From contig JBDRUX010000050.1 in NCBI GenBank assembly GCA_039801565.1, forward strand, positions 1 to 17,595: 17,595 nucleotides of DNA. Reading direction: 5' to 3'. The position numbers and the translations under genes are program-made. Source of the stretch: a candidate division WOR-3 bacterium (GTDB lineage: Bacteria > Hydrothermota > Tepidihabitantia > Tepidihabitantales > JAOUPE01). The notes beneath the pieces were generated by a model. The model was not told the DNA's origin. It worked only from the letters and a program-made list of their open reading frames with translations, and did not search any database. How positions within the stretch are numbered: position 1 is the first letter of the stretch; each line of letters starts with the position of its first letter. This document shows, piece after piece, positions 16,225 through 17,595 of this stretch.

Positions 16225-17595
16225 ATGAATTATAAGGGAGATTTTTTGAGAATTGGATTAATGCTGTTTTTTTTATTTCTCTCAATTACTAATGGTCAAG
16301 CGACTTTTACCGTAACGCCACAATTGGTGGAACTGGAATTATTCCCAGGGGCACGCCGGACATTTCAAGTACTTTTAGTTAACGAAAGCGATAAGGATAC
16401 CAGCCGATTTCGAATCGTTACCGCTGATGTCTTTGAAACTGAAGCGGGTAGTTATAAGGTGATTGATAAAGGGACGAGTAAATTCTCTTGCGCGGATTGG
16501 ATAAAACCCGAAAGTATGGAAATAACATTGGGTCCAAAACAGGGCAAGGAGTTATCATTTGAAGTGAAGGCGCCATCTAAAGTGAGCGGTAGTCGTTATG
16601 CTTCGATTGTCTTTGCTTTGGTTCCGAAAGTTATGCCATTCGGTCCCGATGAAGTCGGAGCCGGAGTCACTTTCCATTTTCGTATTCCAGTTCAATTAGA
16701 AGTGACAATCAAAAGTGCCTTAACCCCAAGACCGAAAAATGTTGAGATAACCGGTATCGAGATTATCCCAGCCACGGAAGATAAGGAGTATTCGCTACTT
16801 TTAAAAGACGCCGCGAAAAATGCTTTAGTGGTTAAAGCGACGGTTCATAACCGAGGTGATGTCCATATTAAGGCAAAAGGGAAACTGGTGCTTAAGGACC
16901 GAAAAGGAAAGCGATTACGGGAAGTGCCACTTGGTGCGGGTCGGGGTATGGTTTTGCCCGAAACTAAGGTAAAGTTTGTCTCAGTGATAAAACGACCCCT
17001 ACCGGGTGACTATGTCGCAGAAGCGGTTCTCAATTATGGTGGGATAGCACCAGCAATCGGACGGATGCCATTTACCGTAGCACGGAAAGTAATAGCCAAG
17101 GAGCGTTCGTTCCTTGCCAGTTCAATAATTGGTCTAACGGTTAGTAGAGAAATCATTGATATTTTCGGACCGCCTAACAGTTATCGAACCCAAATTCTAA
17201 CTCTGACCAATGAAGAGAATGAACCAGTTAAGATTAAAACCCGTTTAAAATACCTGCAATACGATGAAAATGGCGATATTGTTGCTTCAGATTCCGGAGA
17301 CAATAGATTTTCCTGCATTGATTGGCTAACCGTTGAACCGATGGATTTTGAATTAGCACCGGGAGCAACCAAGACGCTAAAAGTTGTGGCAAAGATTCCG
17401 GAAGTAGGTCCTGGTGGTCGTTATGCCTGTATCACAATGGAAGCGGCACTTGCCAATGCTAAAGATACGATTTTGCCATCAACCTTTCAAATTCCTTGTC
17501 TGCTGACAATTCCTGGCAAAGCCGAAAAGAAGGGAGAAATTGTCAAGGTTGAGGTTTCAAAAGGCAATCCACCGAACTTTGCGGTCTATTTCAAA
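16225..17595 (+). CDS. Secreted tandem Ig-domain protein, PapD/DUF916-like putative pilus assembly chaperone (3'-truncated, at least 457 aa; absent from ORF track)
   Basis: Manual translation shows no stop to the window end: MNYKGDFLRIGLMLFFLFLSITNGQATFTVTPQLVELELFPGARRTFQVLLVNES...FSCADWI...ITLGPKQ...GSRYASIVF...VHNRGDVHI...GRGMVLPET...PGDYVAEAVLNYG, then a second module ...LTLTNEE...FSCIDWL...FELAPGA...GGRYACITM. It has an RBS and promoter. Confidence 0.85.
   Translation, partial: MNYKGDFLRIGLMLFFLFLSITNGQATFTVTPQLVELELFPGARRTFQVLLVNESDKDTSRFRIVTADVFETEAGSYKVIDKGTSKFSCADWIKPESMEITLGPKQGKELSFEVKAPSKVSGSRYASIVFALVPKVMPFGPDEVGAGVTFHFRIPVQLEVTIKSALTPRPKNVEITGIEIIPATEDKEYSLLLKDAAKNALVVKATVHNRGDVHIKAKGKLVLKDRKGKRLREVPLGAGRGMVLPETKVKFVSVIKRPLPGDYVAEAVLNYGGIAPAIGRMPFTVARKVIAKERSFLASSIIGLTVSREIIDIFGPPNSYRTQILTLTNEENEPVKIKTRLKYLQYDENGDIVASDSGDNRFSCIDWLTVEPMDFELAPGATKTLKVVAKIPEVGPGGRYACITMEAALANAKDTILPSTFQIPCLLTIPGKAEKKGEIVKVEVSKGNPPNFAVYFK

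Noticed and set aside
16188..16274. T7 tract in the promoter spacer and T8 tract in the signal-peptide coding region as phase-variation sites
   Set aside because: The tracts are short and common in this AT-rich sequence, and there is no evidence of length variation.
336..17372. Many short antisense or alternate-frame ORFs in the track (e.g. 336-650, 4445-4834, 9814-10185, 13522-13857, 16064-16285, 17181-17372)
   Set aside because: They are shadows of well-supported genes, with no RBS or recognisable motifs.

Overview
Bacterial genomic window, moderately AT-rich. A FlgD-Ig/T9SS-type C-terminal tail hints at an FCB-related lineage such as WOR-3 (inference only). The left two-thirds is mostly housekeeping: the 3' part of clpX, yggS and a zincin-like peptidase on +; a minus-strand run of glnA, phosphate acyltransferase, RidA, hydrogenase maturation protease and membrane pyrophosphatase; then two small genes and a Na/Pi cotransporter with an unusual N-terminal Ig-like domain on +. 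Two diverged copies of a ~340-bp non-coding element built from 12-bp tandem units sit at ~2427-2773 and ~11128-11472. The right third is a cell-surface locus: a secreted YVTN beta-propeller protein, a DNA-binding-domain-only AraC regulator, three paralogous Trp/Cys-rich pilin-like proteins, and an ORF missing from the ORF track (16225 to window end) encoding a tandem-duplicated PapD/DUF916-like Ig protein. This looks like an uncharacterised chaperone-assisted fibre system. The third pilin-like gene is enclosed by a ~38-nt G-U-compatible inverted repeat that could pair its 5' and 3' UTRs. No rRNA, tRNA, CRISPR array or transposase was seen.
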